Position numbers and translations under genes: made by a program. A DNA stretch of 54,182 bases from a virus (Duplodnaviria; Caudoviricetes): the IMG/VR virus record IMGVR_UViG_3300048854_000076, positions 1-54,182 of that record; one strand, written 5' to 3'. Positions within the stretch are counted from its first letter, which is position 1. The number at the start of each line of letters is the position of its first letter. This document shows positions 53,334-54,182 of the stretch, in pieces. Below the pieces are notes generated by a model. It saw only the letters and a list, made by a program, of their open reading frames with translations, did no database searches and was not told where the DNA came from.

Positions 53334-54182
53334 ATGGCAAACGTACAGACGCAGTCGCTTACGCAGATGCTTCAAAACTTTGCGTCTGCCGTTCAGGGGT
53401 CGGCCTCGTCCTTCCTGCTGAATTTCAACATCGGGACCGTACTGCGCGCGCTCGGTGAGGCTGTATCGGCACAAGCGTTGTGGCTGCAAGGGCTGATCCT
53501 GCAAATGCTCACGCTGGCTCGGGCATCGACGTCGACTGGCACGGATCTCGATTCGTGGTTCGCTGACTTCGGCTTCGCGCGGCTCGCTGCGTCGGCGTCG
53601 AGCGGCCTTGTCACGTTCGCGCGCTTCACTCCCACGGCGCAGGCGGTCGTTCCTGTCGGCGCGGTTGTGCAGACCGGCGACGGCACGCAGCAGTTCACGG
53701 TCAACCTCGATACGACGAATGCAGCCTATAGCGCGGCGCTGGGTGGCTTCGTGCTGGCTGCCGGCGTAGCGAGTATCAACGTGAGCGTAACAGCCGTCAC
53801 AGCGGGCACTATCGCGAATGTGGTGATTGGAGCAATCAGCCAGCTCGCGCAGTCGGTTCCGGGCGTGGATACGGTGACGAATGCCGCGGCGTTCACGAAT
53901 GGCGTCGATTCCGAGACTGACACGAATGCTCGAGCTCGCTTCGTCACGTACCTGCTGAGTCTGTCGAAGGCCACGAAAGCGGCGATCGGCAATGCGATCT
54001 CGTCGCTTCAGCAGGGGCTGACGTACACGCTGACCGAGAATCAGACGTATGGCGGCGTCTATCAGCCAGGGTACTTCTATGCCGTTGTTGATGACAATTC
54101 AGGTGCGCCGCCGACGTCGCTTCTGACGACCGTATCCAACGCCATTGATGCAGTGCGGCCCTTCACCAGCACGTTCGGTGTG
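53334..54182 (+). CDS. Baseplate J-like protein, N-terminal part (wraps to 134-418)
   Basis: TSTG.DLD.W..DFG..R, G.D.ETD...R.RF. Confidence 0.9.
   Translation, partial: MANVQTQSLTQMLQNFASAVQGSASSFLLNFNIGTVLRALGEAVSAQALWLQGLILQMLTLARASTSTGTDLDSWFADFGFARLAASASSGLVTFARFTPTAQAVVPVGAVVQTGDGTQQFTVNLDTTNAAYSAALGGFVLAAGVASINVSVTAVTAGTIANVVIGAISQLAQSVPGVDTVTNAAAFTNGVDSETDTNARARFVTYLLSLSKATKAAIGNAISSLQQGLTYTLTENQTYGGVYQPGYFYAVVDDNSGAPPTSLLTTVSNAIDAVRPFTSTFGV
54057..54182 (+). repeat. Terminal direct repeat copy 2
   Basis: Identical to 8-133. Confidence 0.97.

Larger units (their letters stand above)
8..54056. mobile_element. Complete temperate tailed phage (contractile tail), circular form
   Basis: Full set of packaging, head, sheath/tube, baseplate, lysis, int/xis, repressor and replication genes. 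Ends overlap in frame. No host flanking genes. Confidence 0.95.

Overview
The window is one complete, circularly permuted temperate myovirus genome of about 54,049 bp. A 126-bp direct repeat (8-133 = 54057-54182) closes the circle inside the baseplate-J gene. The host is probably a Burkholderiaceae member, inferred from the SSB sequence and gene style. The + strand carries the late genes: HNH, TerS/TerL, portal, scaffold, capsid, sheath/tube, tape measure, baseplate, tail fibre, lysis and a second fibre module. The - strand carries one ~19-kb early region (cro-like, replication initiator, helicase, ERF, SSB, exonuclease, RuvC, NinB, C5-methylase, xis, int) and a three-gene cell-surface cassette. 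The most interesting signals are regulatory: (1) a palindromic operator GGATAC-N7-GTATCC at about 10 dispersed sites, mostly inside sigma70 promoters; (2) a candidate small RNA from one such promoter whose loop is complementary over 12 nt to the ribosome-binding site of the gene downstream of the repressor, followed by a ~370-nt highly structured non-coding stretch; (3) a nested out-of-frame gene inside the DNA methylase; (4) an apparently catalytically dead SGNH lipoprotein paired with a beta-barrel; (5) a rope-and-bead fibre module interrupting the lysis genes. All product calls come from motif recognition by eye and gene order; no database search or folding program was run.
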